Source: an uncultured Chloroflexia bacterium (GTDB taxonomy: Bacteria > Chloroflexota > Limnocylindria > Limnocylindrales > CSP1-4). From it: a DNA stretch of 64,000 nucleotides. Below, piece after piece: positions 40,259-49,603 of this stretch. The stretch lies in contig CAWHXD010000019.1 of NCBI GenBank assembly GCA_963833225.1, forward strand, positions 704,001 through 768,000, read 5' to 3'. A model generated the notes under the pieces. It did no database searches, was not told the origin of the DNA, and worked only from the letters and a program-made list of their open reading frames with translations. Numbering within the stretch: the stretch's first letter is position 1; every line of letters begins with the position of its first letter. Made by a program: the position numbers and the translations under genes.

Positions 40259-41491
40259 CTACTTCACCTTGAGCTTGCTGATGGTGATCGTGCCGTTCGG
40301 GGCGGCGCCTCCGCCGCGGTCGATGACGACCGTCGCGGGGTATCCAAGCGCCTGGTCGTAGGTCACCGTCACCCGGCCGCCGCCGTCGATGATGGCCTCG
40401 ATCAGGTCGAACACGGCGTCGACCCGCGGGGCGACGAACGAGCCCTCGACGGCCGGTGCGCCCTTGGTGGGCTTGAGCTTGGCCACGTCGCCGTTGAGCG
40501 TGACGGTCCAGCCCCAGGAACCCCCCGGACCCTCGAAGCGCCAGCGGAACGTGTACCGCCTGGGGGCCGCGGTGGACCAGCGGCTGCGGGCCGCGGCGAG
40601 GGCCTCGTGCGCCCGCACCGCGTACAGGTCCGTGTAGTCGATCCGGATCCAGTAGGCGTCACCCTTCGCGGACGGCGAGGGGTCGATCGCGATCAGGGCG
40701 TCCAGCCCCGCCTCGTCCGCGGCGACGTCCACCCAGCCCCCGGCCGCCAGCACGCCCACTGCCGCTTCGACCGTGCCCTGGATCGTGGCCGCGTCGGGCG
40801 GCGCCGCCGAGCCCGCCGCACCATCCTCGGTCGCCACTGTCGTCTGCCCGTCCTCGTGGTGGACCCGGTAGGTCGTCGCGGTCGACGCGGTGTCGGCCGC
40901 GGTGAACCGGCTCCACGTGTACTCCCAGGTGGGGGAGCGGGGCGACTTCCATGCCTGGAGCAGGGCGTCGAGCTGATCGCGGGCACGCGAGGGGCCGGTC
41001 CGGTCGGCGGGGGTCGTGAGGTCCCGCACCTCGACGCTGGAGGCGCCGTCCGCGACATCCGGCGTCGACTGCTCCAGCCGGCTGACGTACCCGTAGCGCG
41101 TGTCGTAGGTGATCGTGACCTCGTTGCCCGACGTGGCCAGGGCGGCATCGGCGCGGTCGAGGATGGCGTCGATGGTCTGGTTCGGCCCGATCTCCGGCGG
41201 GTACGACCCGACCTCCGTCGCCTGGACCTCCGCACGACCGTCCATCTCGGTCACGTGGACGGTCGTCGTGGACATCCCGGACCACGTTTCGACCGTCGTG
41301 TAGGCGACGGTCCCCGGGCGCTGGCGCTCCCACACGCCGCGGCCCTCGGCGACCTCCTCCAGGCGCGGATCGGGGGTCGCGGACGGGGTGGCCGTCGGGG
41401 GCGGTGTCACGGTCTCGCTCCCGCAGGCCGCGACGAGCAGCCCGAGCACGGCCAGCCGCGCCCACACCCCCAACGTCCCTGCGATCGGCAT
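40259..41491 (-). CDS. Lipoprotein with three tandem DUF6174-like domains
   Basis: Lipobox LVAAC; repeated W...Y...TIDAIL...TYD..GY pattern. Confidence 0.65.
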   Translation of the reverse strand: MPIAGTLGVWARLAVLGLLVAACGSETVTPPPTATPSATPDPRLEEVAEGRGVWERQRPGTVAYTTVETWSGMSTTTVHVTEMDGRAEVQATEVGSYPPEIGPNQTIDAILDRADAALATSGNEVTITYDTRYGYVSRLEQSTPDVADGASSVEVRDLTTPADRTGPSRARDQLDALLQAWKSPRSPTWEYTWSRFTAADTASTATTYRVHHEDGQTTVATEDGAAGSAAPPDAATIQGTVEAAVGVLAAGGWVDVAADEAGLDALIAIDPSPSAKGDAYWIRIDYTDLYAVRAHEALAAARSRWSTAAPRRYTFRWRFEGPGGSWGWTVTLNGDVAKLKPTKGAPAVEGSFVAPRVDAVFDLIEAIIDGGGRVTVTYDQALGYPATVVIDRGGGAAPNGTITISKLKVK

Positions 41492-41618
41492 CTGCCCCCG
41501 TCCCCCTCTGATCCCCGGCGAGTCCCCAGTCTGCGCCGAATGATGGGCCGCCGACGATCGAGGTCAAGCCACCCGGTGGTCCTGGGAGTCCCGGCCCGCG
41601 ACGCGGTTCGCCGCGATG

Positions 41619-42815
41619 CTACTCGTACCGGAGCGCCGTGATCGGATCCAGGCGCGCGGCCTGGCGCGCGGGCCACACGCCGAAGATCACGCCCACGGCC
41701 AGCGAGAACGCCACCGCCAGCAGGATCGTGGTCAGGCTGATGTTGAGCCCCCAGCCGGCAAGGGCCCCGACCAGCCCGGACGCCGCCACGCCGAACGCGA
41801 TCCCGAGCACGCCGCCGGCCACCGACAGGACCAGGGCCTCGATCAGGAACTGGGCCATGATGTCGCGTCCGCGTGCCCCGATCGCCTTGCGGATCCCGAT
41901 CTCCCGCGTCCGCTCGCGGACCGAGACCAGCATGATGTTCATGATCCCGATGCCACCCACCAGCAGGCTGATCGACGCGATCCCGGCCAGGAGCAGGGAC
42001 AGGAAGCCGGTGATCGTCCCGAACGCGGACAGCAGCTGGGTCTGGTCGATGACGGTGAAGTCGTCCTCCTGACCCGCGACGATCCCGTGACGGACACGCA
42101 GCAGCTCCGTGATCTGGAACTTGACGAGCGGGATCTGGCTCGCACGCTGCGTCGAGACGGAGAGCGACCCGAGCGAGCTGCCGGTCACGAAGTAGTCGCG
42201 CATGGCCGTGAGCGGGATGAGGACCTGGTCGTCGAGGATGCCCTTGGGCTGGAGGATCCCGACCACCCGGAACGGGACCCCGCCGACGTTGATGGTGGAG
42301 CCGACCGTCGACTCCCCGACATGGAGGGCGTCGGCCGTGGCGGAGCCGATCACGGCCACCCGCAGCCCGGCCCGGTACTCGGCCTCGGACACGAACGAGC
42401 CGCGCTGGATCTCGTACGCGCGCACCGGCATGAACGACGGCGTGATCCCGGACACGGTGGTGGTCGTGTTCGAATCCCCGGCCACCACGACGGCCCGCGT
42501 GGACACCTGCGGAGCCACGTCCGCGACCCCCGCGATCCCGCGGATGGCCTCGGCGTCGGCAATGGTGAGGGTCTCGACCGACCCGGCCGCCCCGCGCACG
42601 AACCCGAAGGTGCTCGCGCCGGGGCTGATGCTGAGCAGGTTCGTCCCCAGGCCCTCGATGAGATTCGTGATCCCCGACGTGGCGCCCTGGGCAACCGAGA
42701 CCAGCGCGACGATGGAGCCCACGCCGATGATCACGCCCAGCATGGTCAGCAGGGCCCGCAGGCGGGCGGCGGCGAGCCGCGAGATGGCCAGCGGGACCAG
42801 CTCCGCCCAGTTCAT
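41619..42815 (-). CDS. MacB-type ABC permease
   Basis: LTMLGVIIGV, GGIGIMNIMLVSVRERTREIGIRKAIGA, LDPITALRYE. Confidence 0.93.
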   Translation of the reverse strand: MNWAELVPLAISRLAAARLRALLTMLGVIIGVGSIVALVSVAQGATSGITNLIEGLGTNLLSISPGASTFGFVRGAAGSVETLTIADAEAIRGIAGVADVAPQVSTRAVVVAGDSNTTTTVSGITPSFMPVRAYEIQRGSFVSEAEYRAGLRVAVIGSATADALHVGESTVGSTINVGGVPFRVVGILQPKGILDDQVLIPLTAMRDYFVTGSSLGSLSVSTQRASQIPLVKFQITELLRVRHGIVAGQEDDFTVIDQTQLLSAFGTITGFLSLLLAGIASISLLVGGIGIMNIMLVSVRERTREIGIRKAIGARGRDIMAQFLIEALVLSVAGGVLGIAFGVAASGLVGALAGWGLNISLTTILLAVAFSLAVGVIFGVWPARQAARLDPITALRYE

Positions 42816-43531
42816 GCGGAGACCCTCCCGTCGCGCACGTGGACGCTGCGCCTTGCCGCGACCGCGACGTCGCTGTCGTGGGTGATGAGCACGATCGTGG
42901 TCCCGGCGTCGTTGAGCTCGTGCAGGAGCGCGAGCACGTCCGCACCCGACGCCGAGTCGAGGTTCCCCGTCGGTTCGTCGGCGAGGATGATCGTGGGCTC
43001 GGTCACCAGCGCCCGGGCGATCGCCACGCGCTGCTGCTGGCCGCCGGACAGCTCCGACGGCTCATGGGTCAGGCGGTCCTCGAGCCCCAGGCGGGCCAGG
43101 GAGTCATGGGCCCGCCGCATCCGTTCGGCCCGCCCGACGCCCGCGTACAGGAGCGGCATCGCCACGTTCTCGATGGCGGTCGTTCGTGGCAGCAGGTTGA
43201 ACGACTGGAACACGAACCCGATGGTGCGGTTCCGGACGCGCGCCAGCGCGTCGTCGGAGAGCGTGGCCACGTCGGTCCCCGCCAGCCGGTAGGTGCCCGC
43301 GGTGGGCCGGTCAAGGCACCCGAGCAGGTTCATCAGCGTCGACTTGCCCGATCCGGACGGTCCGACGATCGCGAGGAAGTCCCCGGGCACGACGTCCAGG
43401 TCCACGTCGACGAGCGCCCGGACCTCCAGCCGCCCCGAGCTGTACGTCTTGCCGATGCCACGCATCTCGATGACGGGCGCGGGGCCTTGCGGGATCACCG
43501 CCGGGTCGGGGGCGGTGGGGGATGCGGTCAA
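42812..43531 (-). CDS. MacB/LolD-type ABC ATP-binding protein
   Basis: GPSGSGKST, LSGGQQQR, ILADEPTGNLD. Confidence 0.93.
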   Translation of the reverse strand: MTASPTAPDPAVIPQGPAPVIEMRGIGKTYSSGRLEVRALVDVDLDVVPGDFLAIVGPSGSGKSTLMNLLGCLDRPTAGTYRLAGTDVATLSDDALARVRNRTIGFVFQSFNLLPRTTAIENVAMPLLYAGVGRAERMRRAHDSLARLGLEDRLTHEPSELSGGQQQRVAIARALVTEPTIILADEPTGNLDSASGADVLALLHELNDAGTTIVLITHDSDVAVAARRSVHVRDGRVSA

Positions 43532-45009
43532 GGCTGGGTGCTCCCGGAGCCCGATCCGGTGCTGGTCCCTCCGCCGCCGGTCCCGGGGCCGGTCGGGAAT
43601 GTCGTGACCAGGTCCTTCGCGGTGGCCGTCCCGGTCACCACCACCGTGCCCGCGTCGATGCCGGACCGGATCTCCGCGAGCGACGCCGTGAGCAGGCCCA
43701 CCTCGACCGGCACGGTTCGCACGCGACCGGGGGCATCGAGCACCTGCACCGTGTAGGCGCCCGGCCCACCGCCGATGGCGGTCACCGGGACCGCCAGCAC
43801 GCCAAGCGCGCTCGCGGTCGTGATGTCCACGTCGGCCGTCATGCTCGGAGCCACGCCCTCGGGCGGGGTCTCGAGCGAGATCACGATGCCGTAGGACACG
43901 ACACCCGAGGCGCTCTTGGTGGCGCCCGCGAGATCCACGGAGTCCACGGTGCCGACCACCTTCAGGTCGAGCGCCGGCAGGGACACCTCCGCCGACTGGC
44001 CAACCCGCACCGAGGGCAGGTTGCTCTCGGTGATCGAGGCCGCCACCTCGACGGCGGTCCCACGAAGCAGCACCACCTGGCCCGAGACCGAGTCACCGGG
44101 TTCGATGGAGACCGATGAGATCACGCCGTCGATCGGCGCGGTCAGGGTCGCCAGGCTGAGCGTCTGTTGTGCGTCCGAGACAGCCGACTCGGCCTGCGCC
44201 ACGGCCGCCCGGTCTGCCGCTACCGCGGCAGCGGTGTCGACGTTGACGGCGCCGTCGTACGCGATCTCGGCCGATTGCACGCCCAGCTTCGCGGCGGCGA
44301 CCTGCCCCGATGCCTGCGTGTTCGCCGATGCGGCCTGGCGCTGTGCCGTGGCCAGCGCCCGCTTCGCCTGCTTGATGGCGGCGGTGTCGGCATCGATGAC
44401 CGACGCCAGCGCGCCGGCCGCGCGATCGTCCTTCCGGCGCTGCCTCGCGTCGGCGAGCGCCGTGGTGGCCTGCGACACGGCGAGCCGCCCCGACGCCTGC
44501 GTCTGGGCCAGCGTCTTCCGAGACTGGCTGAGCTGGCTCTTCGCCTGCTTGATCCCGAGGCGGGCCTTGGCCCTGGCCGTCTTCGTGACGGGCTTCTCGC
44601 TGGTCTTGAGCTTCGCCTCCGCGGCCGCGAGGTTCGCCTGGGCCACGGTGAGCGCGACCTCGGCATCCCCGGTGTCCGCGGTCGCGAGCACGTCGCCCGC
44701 CTTGACCTCCTGGCCGGCCGACACGTTCACGGTGGCGACCACCCACCGCGCAGCCGCCGACGTGCCGGCCGTGGACGCCGCCTTGGGCGAGCGCACCGGC
44801 TCCTGGCCGAACGCGAGCCCGTAGCTGTCCACGGGCTGCACGGACCCGCTGACCGACACGGTGTCACGGACGTCCGCCACGGACGCCGTCGCGGTGAGGT
44901 ACGTGACATCGGGCGTCTGGCCGCCGAGCGAGCCGCCGATGGTCGCGAGACCCACGATGGCAATGCCCACGACCACCACGCCGCCGATGGCGACCGCTCG
45001 CTTGTTCAT
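43528..45009 (-). CDS. MacA/HlyD-like periplasmic adaptor
   Basis: N-terminal TM, lipoyl half-motifs (VKAGDVLA, LTAPIDG), long coiled coil. Confidence 0.85.
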   Translation of the reverse strand: MNKRAVAIGGVVVVGIAIVGLATIGGSLGGQTPDVTYLTATASVADVRDTVSVSGSVQPVDSYGLAFGQEPVRSPKAASTAGTSAAARWVVATVNVSAGQEVKAGDVLATADTGDAEVALTVAQANLAAAEAKLKTSEKPVTKTARAKARLGIKQAKSQLSQSRKTLAQTQASGRLAVSQATTALADARQRRKDDRAAGALASVIDADTAAIKQAKRALATAQRQAASANTQASGQVAAAKLGVQSAEIAYDGAVNVDTAAAVAADRAAVAQAESAVSDAQQTLSLATLTAPIDGVISSVSIEPGDSVSGQVVLLRGTAVEVAASITESNLPSVRVGQSAEVSLPALDLKVVGTVDSVDLAGATKSASGVVSYGIVISLETPPEGVAPSMTADVDITTASALGVLAVPVTAIGGGPGAYTVQVLDAPGRVRTVPVEVGLLTASLAEIRSGIDAGTVVVTGTATAKDLVTTFPTGPGTGGGGTSTGSGSGSTQP

Positions 45010-45518
45010 GACGCTGCGCTCCTCGATGCCCCGTGGCGCGCCACCGCGGGCGCCGGGGAGGTGATCGGAATGGCGGCCGCCAGGCGCGAGACCCCCCGGT
45101 CGAGAACAGCCAGGAAGCCGCGCACCGCCTCGAGATCCTCGTCATCGAGGACGCTCAGCAGGTCCCGGATCTGGCGGGCGTTGAAGTCCCGGAAGCGGTC
45201 GATCAGCGTTGATCCGGCAGGCGTGAGGCCCACGAACACCCGCCGCCGGTCCGACTCGGCCGCGCGGCGGGCGATCAGCCCGTGCTCCACCAGTCGATCC
45301 ACGATCCCGCTCACGGTCGGCAGCGTCACGCCCAGGCGGGCAACGAGCTCCGACATGTTGAGGTCGCCCGAGGCCAGGAGGTACAGCACCTTTGCCTGGG
45401 GCATCGTGATGTCGATCTCGAGGAACTCCGGCGAGTTCGCGTCCGCCATGCGGGCGAGGAGGATCTCGTATTCGCCAACGACCTTCTCGATGAGACCGGA
45501 GCGCTCCTGTGCGTTGAT
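45006..45518 (-). CDS. MarR family regulator
   Basis: ITMPQAKVL...TVSGIVDRLVEHGLI...DRR; start either ATG 45449 or ATC 45518 behind an AAGGGG RBS. Confidence 0.85.
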   Translation of the reverse strand: MNAQERSGLIEKVVGEYEILLARMADANSPEFLEIDITMPQAKVLYLLASGDLNMSELVARLGVTLPTVSGIVDRLVEHGLIARRAAESDRRRVFVGLTPAGSTLIDRFRDFNARQIRDLLSVLDDEDLEAVRGFLAVLDRGVSRLAAAIPITSPAPAVARHGASRSAAS

Positions 45519-45545
45519 GCCGTTCCCCTTTGTGCCGCGTTGACA

Positions 45546-45573
45546 GTTAGTCTCAACCTAACCATTCGGTCAA
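45546..45573 (-). promoter_or_regulatory. Putative MarR operator overlapping promoter
   Basis: GTTAG-N7-CTAAC palindrome (45546-45562) downstream of a minus-strand TTGACC. Confidence 0.5.
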
Positions 45574-45609
45574 CACGATACACGTGTCGGGGGAAGGACG
45601 CCGCGACCC

Positions 45610-46116
45610 TCAGTGCCAGAGCTCGATCTGCGGCAGGCCGGCGATCCCGAGCGCCTCGTTGAGCTCGGCGCAGTGGGCGATGTCGTGGGTGAAGACCCGC
45701 TGGATCACGGAGCCACGGCTGCGAACCCAGGAGCCATCCCACTCCGGCTGGCGGATCTCCTCGCCAAGCATCTCCATCGTCCATCGGTCCAGGCACCCTT
45801 CGACGATGCGGAACGTCGAGTCGAGCGCCGCGACGAGGTCTCCGGCTCCCAGCACATGCTCGAGATCCTCGTCCCCGGGACAGCTGTACGCGGCATTGGT
45901 GAAGGGCGTGGTGTCCGCGCCGGGCTCACCCGCGAAGTCGCACAGCCAGAACACGCGCTGGCAGGCGAGGTGGCCCACCGTCGCCCACAACGGCCACCGC
46001 TCGGGCGACGGGCAGATCACCAGCTGCTCGTCGGTCATCGCGGCGACGACCTCGCGCAGGCTCCGGTTGACCTCCGGCCACAGGCTGTAGGCGGGGCGGA
46101 TCGTGGGGTCCGTCAC
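45610..46116 (-). CDS. DinB family protein
   Basis: WATVGHL and HDIAHCAE metal-binding His pattern; GGAGG RBS. Confidence 0.85.
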   Translation of the reverse strand: MTDPTIRPAYSLWPEVNRSLREVVAAMTDEQLVICPSPERWPLWATVGHLACQRVFWLCDFAGEPGADTTPFTNAAYSCPGDEDLEHVLGAGDLVAALDSTFRIVEGCLDRWTMEMLGEEIRQPEWDGSWVRSRGSVIQRVFTHDIAHCAELNEALGIAGLPQIELWH

Positions 46117-46129
46117 GTCATCCCTCCGA

Positions 46130-46711
46130 TCAGACGCGGTCCAGGAAGGCGAGCACCCGCCGGGTGAGCAGCGCGGTGGCCTTCGCGTCGTACGAGGGCA
46201 GCGAGCTGTCGGCGAAGTAATGCTGATCGCCCGGATAGAGGAAGAGCTCCGCGTCGTCGACGCTCGCGACGATCTCACGGGCGGCGTCCACGTCGCCCTC
46301 ACCCACGAAGATCGGGTCCGCGTCCATGCCGTGGATCTGGACCGGGACGCCGTCCGGCCAGGGCCCAAAGGCCCATTCGCCGCTGATCGGGATGCAGGAG
46401 TAGAACAGCAGCGCCCCGCGGGCCCCGGGCCGGGTCTGGGCGAGCTTCTGGGCGGCCATCTCGCCCAGCGAGAACCCGGCATACACGAGCCCGGCGGGGA
46501 GGTCGTCGGCGGTGCGGACCCCGCGCTCGAGGATGGCCTCGAACCCGACCTCCTTGGCGTGGGCCAGACCTTCGTCCAGCGTCGCGAAGGTTCGTCCGTC
46601 GTACAGGTCCGGTGTGTGCACCGTATGCCCGGCCGCGCGCAGCTCGTCGGCGAAGCCGCGGACGCCGAGGGTCAGACCCTGGGCGTGGTGGAAGAGCAGG
46701 ACCTCGGCCAT
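46130..46711 (-). CDS. Dienelactone hydrolase family protein
   Basis: LFHHAQG, AGFSLG nucleophile elbow, YPGDQHYF. Confidence 0.88.
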   Translation of the reverse strand: MAEVLLFHHAQGLTLGVRGFADELRAAGHTVHTPDLYDGRTFATLDEGLAHAKEVGFEAILERGVRTADDLPAGLVYAGFSLGEMAAQKLAQTRPGARGALLFYSCIPISGEWAFGPWPDGVPVQIHGMDADPIFVGEGDVDAAREIVASVDDAELFLYPGDQHYFADSSLPSYDAKATALLTRRVLAFLDRV

Positions 46712-46790
46712 GGGGCGCCTCCGTGTCGGGATCGTCGAGCCTGCTCGAAGCGTACCCCGACCTCACCCGCAACCGCGCCTGCGGCGATCG

Positions 46791-47249
46791 TCAAGAACGG
46801 TTGGCAGGTTGCCCCGCTGACGCGTTCCGACCGAGCCGCCACGCGGCGAGCGAGAAGACGGCTGCCGACAAGGATGCGACCGCAATCGCGAGGTCGCCCG
46901 ACCTTGATCCGTCATCGCCCGCCCGGGTGAACAGGGACGACACAGCGACGGCTGCGAGCAGGGTGCCGAGGGCCACCGAGCCAATTCCCGTGCCCAATGC
47001 CCATGGCCTGCGGAGGACCGCGACTGCCGCCAGAACGCAGGCGACGGCGAGCGGGGCGAAGAAGACGAACCCCGGCACGGCGACCGCAGCACTGGCGACC
47101 GCGATGAGTGCGGCGACGCCCCCGAGGACGAGCCACAGGACCGCCGCCCCGATCGCAGCAACCCCGTCTGCGCGGAGTCCGGGCTCGCTGGTCAAGTGGA
47201 AGTTGCTACCCACAAGTATCAGGATGCGAGCCGCACGCCGCCCCGTCAA
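46791..47249 (-). CDS. Hypothetical membrane protein
   Basis: About four hydrophobic helices; start uncertain. Confidence 0.5.
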   Translation of the reverse strand: MTGRRAARILILVGSNFHLTSEPGLRADGVAAIGAAVLWLVLGGVAALIAVASAAVAVPGFVFFAPLAVACVLAAVAVLRRPWALGTGIGSVALGTLLAAVAVSSLFTRAGDDGSRSGDLAIAVASLSAAVFSLAAWRLGRNASAGQPANRS

Positions 47250-47353
47250 CTCGAGGGACCTGCCAGCCGGGTATGGCGTGCAGGCGTGATCCCCTGTGTG
47301 TCATCGGCGCTTGGTCGGCCCGGCCTCCGACGCGAGCGGTCGTGCGCCGGACC

Positions 47354-47782
47354 CTACGGTGTCGGGCTCTCGGGGTTCGCCTCCGAGCCCCTCGGGGGCG
47401 CCTGGCCGAGCGCAAGGTAGTAGCGGCCGTCGCTCCAGCTCATCGGAACCCGGATCTCGTAGGTCGAGCCGTCCTCCCCAGCCGCGGTGACCGTGGCCAC
47501 GACGTAGCTGCCCTCGAACTCGTCGAGCCACATCGCTTGGACATCGTGCAGCCTCACGCCGCCATACCGCTCCAGGACCTGCACGATGTCGGCGCTCGCA
47601 TCGACCCTGGGGCTGACCATCGCTCTGATGGCCGCGCCGTCGCGACGCTCGAGCGCCCCGAGGTACTCCGCGACCATCACGTCCCGCGCCGTCTGACTTG
47701 AGGACGAGGGGGACGCCAGCGGCAGGAGCGAGCAGCCCGAAGGGACCGCCATCAGCAGGACGATCACGATGGCTGATCGCAT
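47354..47782 (-). CDS. Putative lipoprotein (NTF2-like fold possible)
   Basis: MRSAIVIVLLMAVPSGC lipobox followed by a globular domain. Confidence 0.55.
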   Translation of the reverse strand: MRSAIVIVLLMAVPSGCSLLPLASPSSSSQTARDVMVAEYLGALERRDGAAIRAMVSPRVDASADIVQVLERYGGVRLHDVQAMWLDEFEGSYVVATVTAAGEDGSTYEIRVPMSWSDGRYYLALGQAPPRGSEANPESPTP

Positions 47783-47857
47783 CCGGGACCGTCGTCCAGT
47801 CGTGTCCATGTGCCGAACGTACCTTGCGATGACTTCCTGCGGCAACCGGACAGGCGG

Positions 47858-47915
47858 GTGGCGGCGGAGCGGTGTGACGCCGGAGCGGTGTGGCGGCGGA
47901 GCGGTGTGGCGCCGG
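47858..47915. repeat. 16-bp tandem repeat, ~3.5 copies
   Basis: (G/A)CG(G/C)CGGAGCGGTGTG repeated head to tail. Confidence 0.75.
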
Positions 47916-47949
47916 CCGACCAGACGCCTGTACCGCACACGCCATCCCC

Positions 47950-47977
47950 CAACCGCGCCACCCAGTGCGGGAAGCCT
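47950..47977 (+). repeat. Degenerate terminal inverted repeat copy (TIR0)
   Basis: CAACCGCGCCACCCAGTGCGGGAAGCCT, 24/28 identical to TIR1. Confidence 0.75.
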
Positions 47978-48190
47978 ACGCGGTCTTTCGGCGGATGGCC
48001 TCGTCGTTCGCCTCGAACTGGGCATCAACGGAACTGCGCTCCGACGCAGCAAGCCGGTCCAACGTCGGGCTCGCGGTGGAGAACCGCACCAACTCGCAGC
48101 CTCACGCGCTACACGCGTGAGGCCGCGTCGCACCGCGAAGTTCGTGTCCGTCATGTCCGGCGTGGAGGGGAAGAGTTGGAGGTCGTGGCC

Positions 48191-48820
48191 TTGAGGATGC
48201 CGGCGCTCATGGTTGCGGTCGCGATCGTCGCCGTGCTGGCGGCCGCGACGCCCGCACTCGCAGGTCCATGCCCGAACACGCCTTGCGGTCTCTCTTGGCA
48301 GCAGTTCAATGCGGCGAGCCCCTGGATCGCGCTCGCCCGCTACGAAGGCGTGCATGACGGTCGCGCGCAGTTCGCCGTCATCGACGTCCTCAAGGGACGC
48401 CCCCACCGCTGGGCGTCCTCCAAGGACGACGCCTGGCTGTTCGGGTTCTTCGGTCGTCACCAGCGGATCGGCTCACGATGGCTGCTCGCCGGCGAGCCCC
48501 ACGAGCTCATCTGGACCTTCAAGGTCAGGCCCGACGGAACCGTGGAGAATTCCGAGGAAGGCGAGGGGTTCTTCGACGACTACCCGTACACCCTCGCCGG
48601 GTGGTATCGCGCCCTCGGCGGCTCGCCGCCGGACACAGCGACGATCCCCCAGCAGCCGACCCGAGGAAACGAGACGCCGATTGCGTTCCTCGTCGCGGCC
48701 TCTATTGCGGGGTTCGCGCTCGCCCTTCGCCGACGCCGACCTGGTGGGCTGGCCTCGTCCCCGAGGACCGGCGTCCTCACGCGTATAGCGCAAAGGCTCC
48801 CAGCTCGCCTTGACGAGTGA
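48191..48820 (+). CDS. Secreted protein with C-terminal sorting-like tail
   Basis: Signal peptide MPALMVAVAIVAVLAAATPALA; C-terminal PPDTAT, TM helix, RRRR. Confidence 0.6.
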   Translation: MRMPALMVAVAIVAVLAAATPALAGPCPNTPCGLSWQQFNAASPWIALARYEGVHDGRAQFAVIDVLKGRPHRWASSKDDAWLFGFFGRHQRIGSRWLLAGEPHELIWTFKVRPDGTVENSEEGEGFFDDYPYTLAGWYRALGGSPPDTATIPQQPTRGNETPIAFLVAASIAGFALALRRRRPGGLASSPRTGVLTRIAQRLPARLDE

Positions 48821-49105
48821 CCTTCGTTCAGATCCGAGGGATCAGGCAGCGTGTTCTGGTCCTGCCTCACAAGGCATCCTGCAACTGCGCCACCCAGTGT
48901 GTGAAACCTGTTGGTTATGGACCATGCCATCGGCAGGGCAGCATCGGCAGGACGTCTGGCACCTTGACCGTGAGGCGATCCCGCCGGACGATCGCATCAG
49001 GGACAAGGAGACGAGAAGCTTGGTGATCGCTGCGGAGTCAGGCCCTCAGCGGGGGCGCGCCGGGCGAGCCGTGGCCTGCGGGCCTCGCCCGAGTCTCGAC
49101 GCACC

Positions 49106-49603
49106 GTGAACATGAACATGCTCACGGTGTTCCTCACGTTCTTCGCCGTGGCCGGTCCGCCGGTCGTTGAGGCGATGCGCGCCAGACGACGGCTCGATGA
49201 CGCCCTCGTCGCTCGCGGGTCCCTGCCGCGTCACCCGGGGCGTGGGCTCCCGCCGGGAATGTCGATGTTGGAGGCACTTCGCCTGTTCGTCGTAACCTGG
49301 GGCCGTCAAGACACGATCCGCGTGGACTTGGCGATCGAGGACTTCGAGCGCAGCAAGCAGGCCGCGAAGCTGGGTCACGATCTGCCAGAGGGCCGGGCGG
49401 CAGGGAGATGGACGATCGCAGCGTTGCTGCTCTGGCTTCTCGGTCTGCCGCTTGTCTTGATGCTCCTGCCGACGGCGGACCGCGTCGTGAGCGTTGTTGT
49501 CCCCGCATTCGCCGTCATCCGGGTCCCGCTCGTCATCGCCGGCTGCTGGGCCGTCTGGCACGCGATCCGCGTGGCACGCTCGGCCGCGTCAGGCGGCTCC
49601 TGA
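49106..49603 (+). CDS. Passenger membrane protein (hypothetical)
   Basis: Three hydrophobic segments; lies inside the TIR pair. Confidence 0.55.
   Translation: MNMNMLTVFLTFFAVAGPPVVEAMRARRRLDDALVARGSLPRHPGRGLPPGMSMLEALRLFVVTWGRQDTIRVDLAIEDFERSKQAAKLGHDLPEGRAAGRWTIAALLLWLLGLPLVLMLLPTADRVVSVVVPAFAVIRVPLVIAGCWAVWHAIRVARSAASGGS

Noticed and set aside
47858-47915. CRISPR array
   Set aside because: Repeats are contiguous with no unique spacers, and there are no cas genes in the window.
48020-48045. Sixth TIR copy (GGCATC...AACTGCGC)
   Set aside because: Only 8 bp match the TIR; expected by chance in GC-rich DNA.
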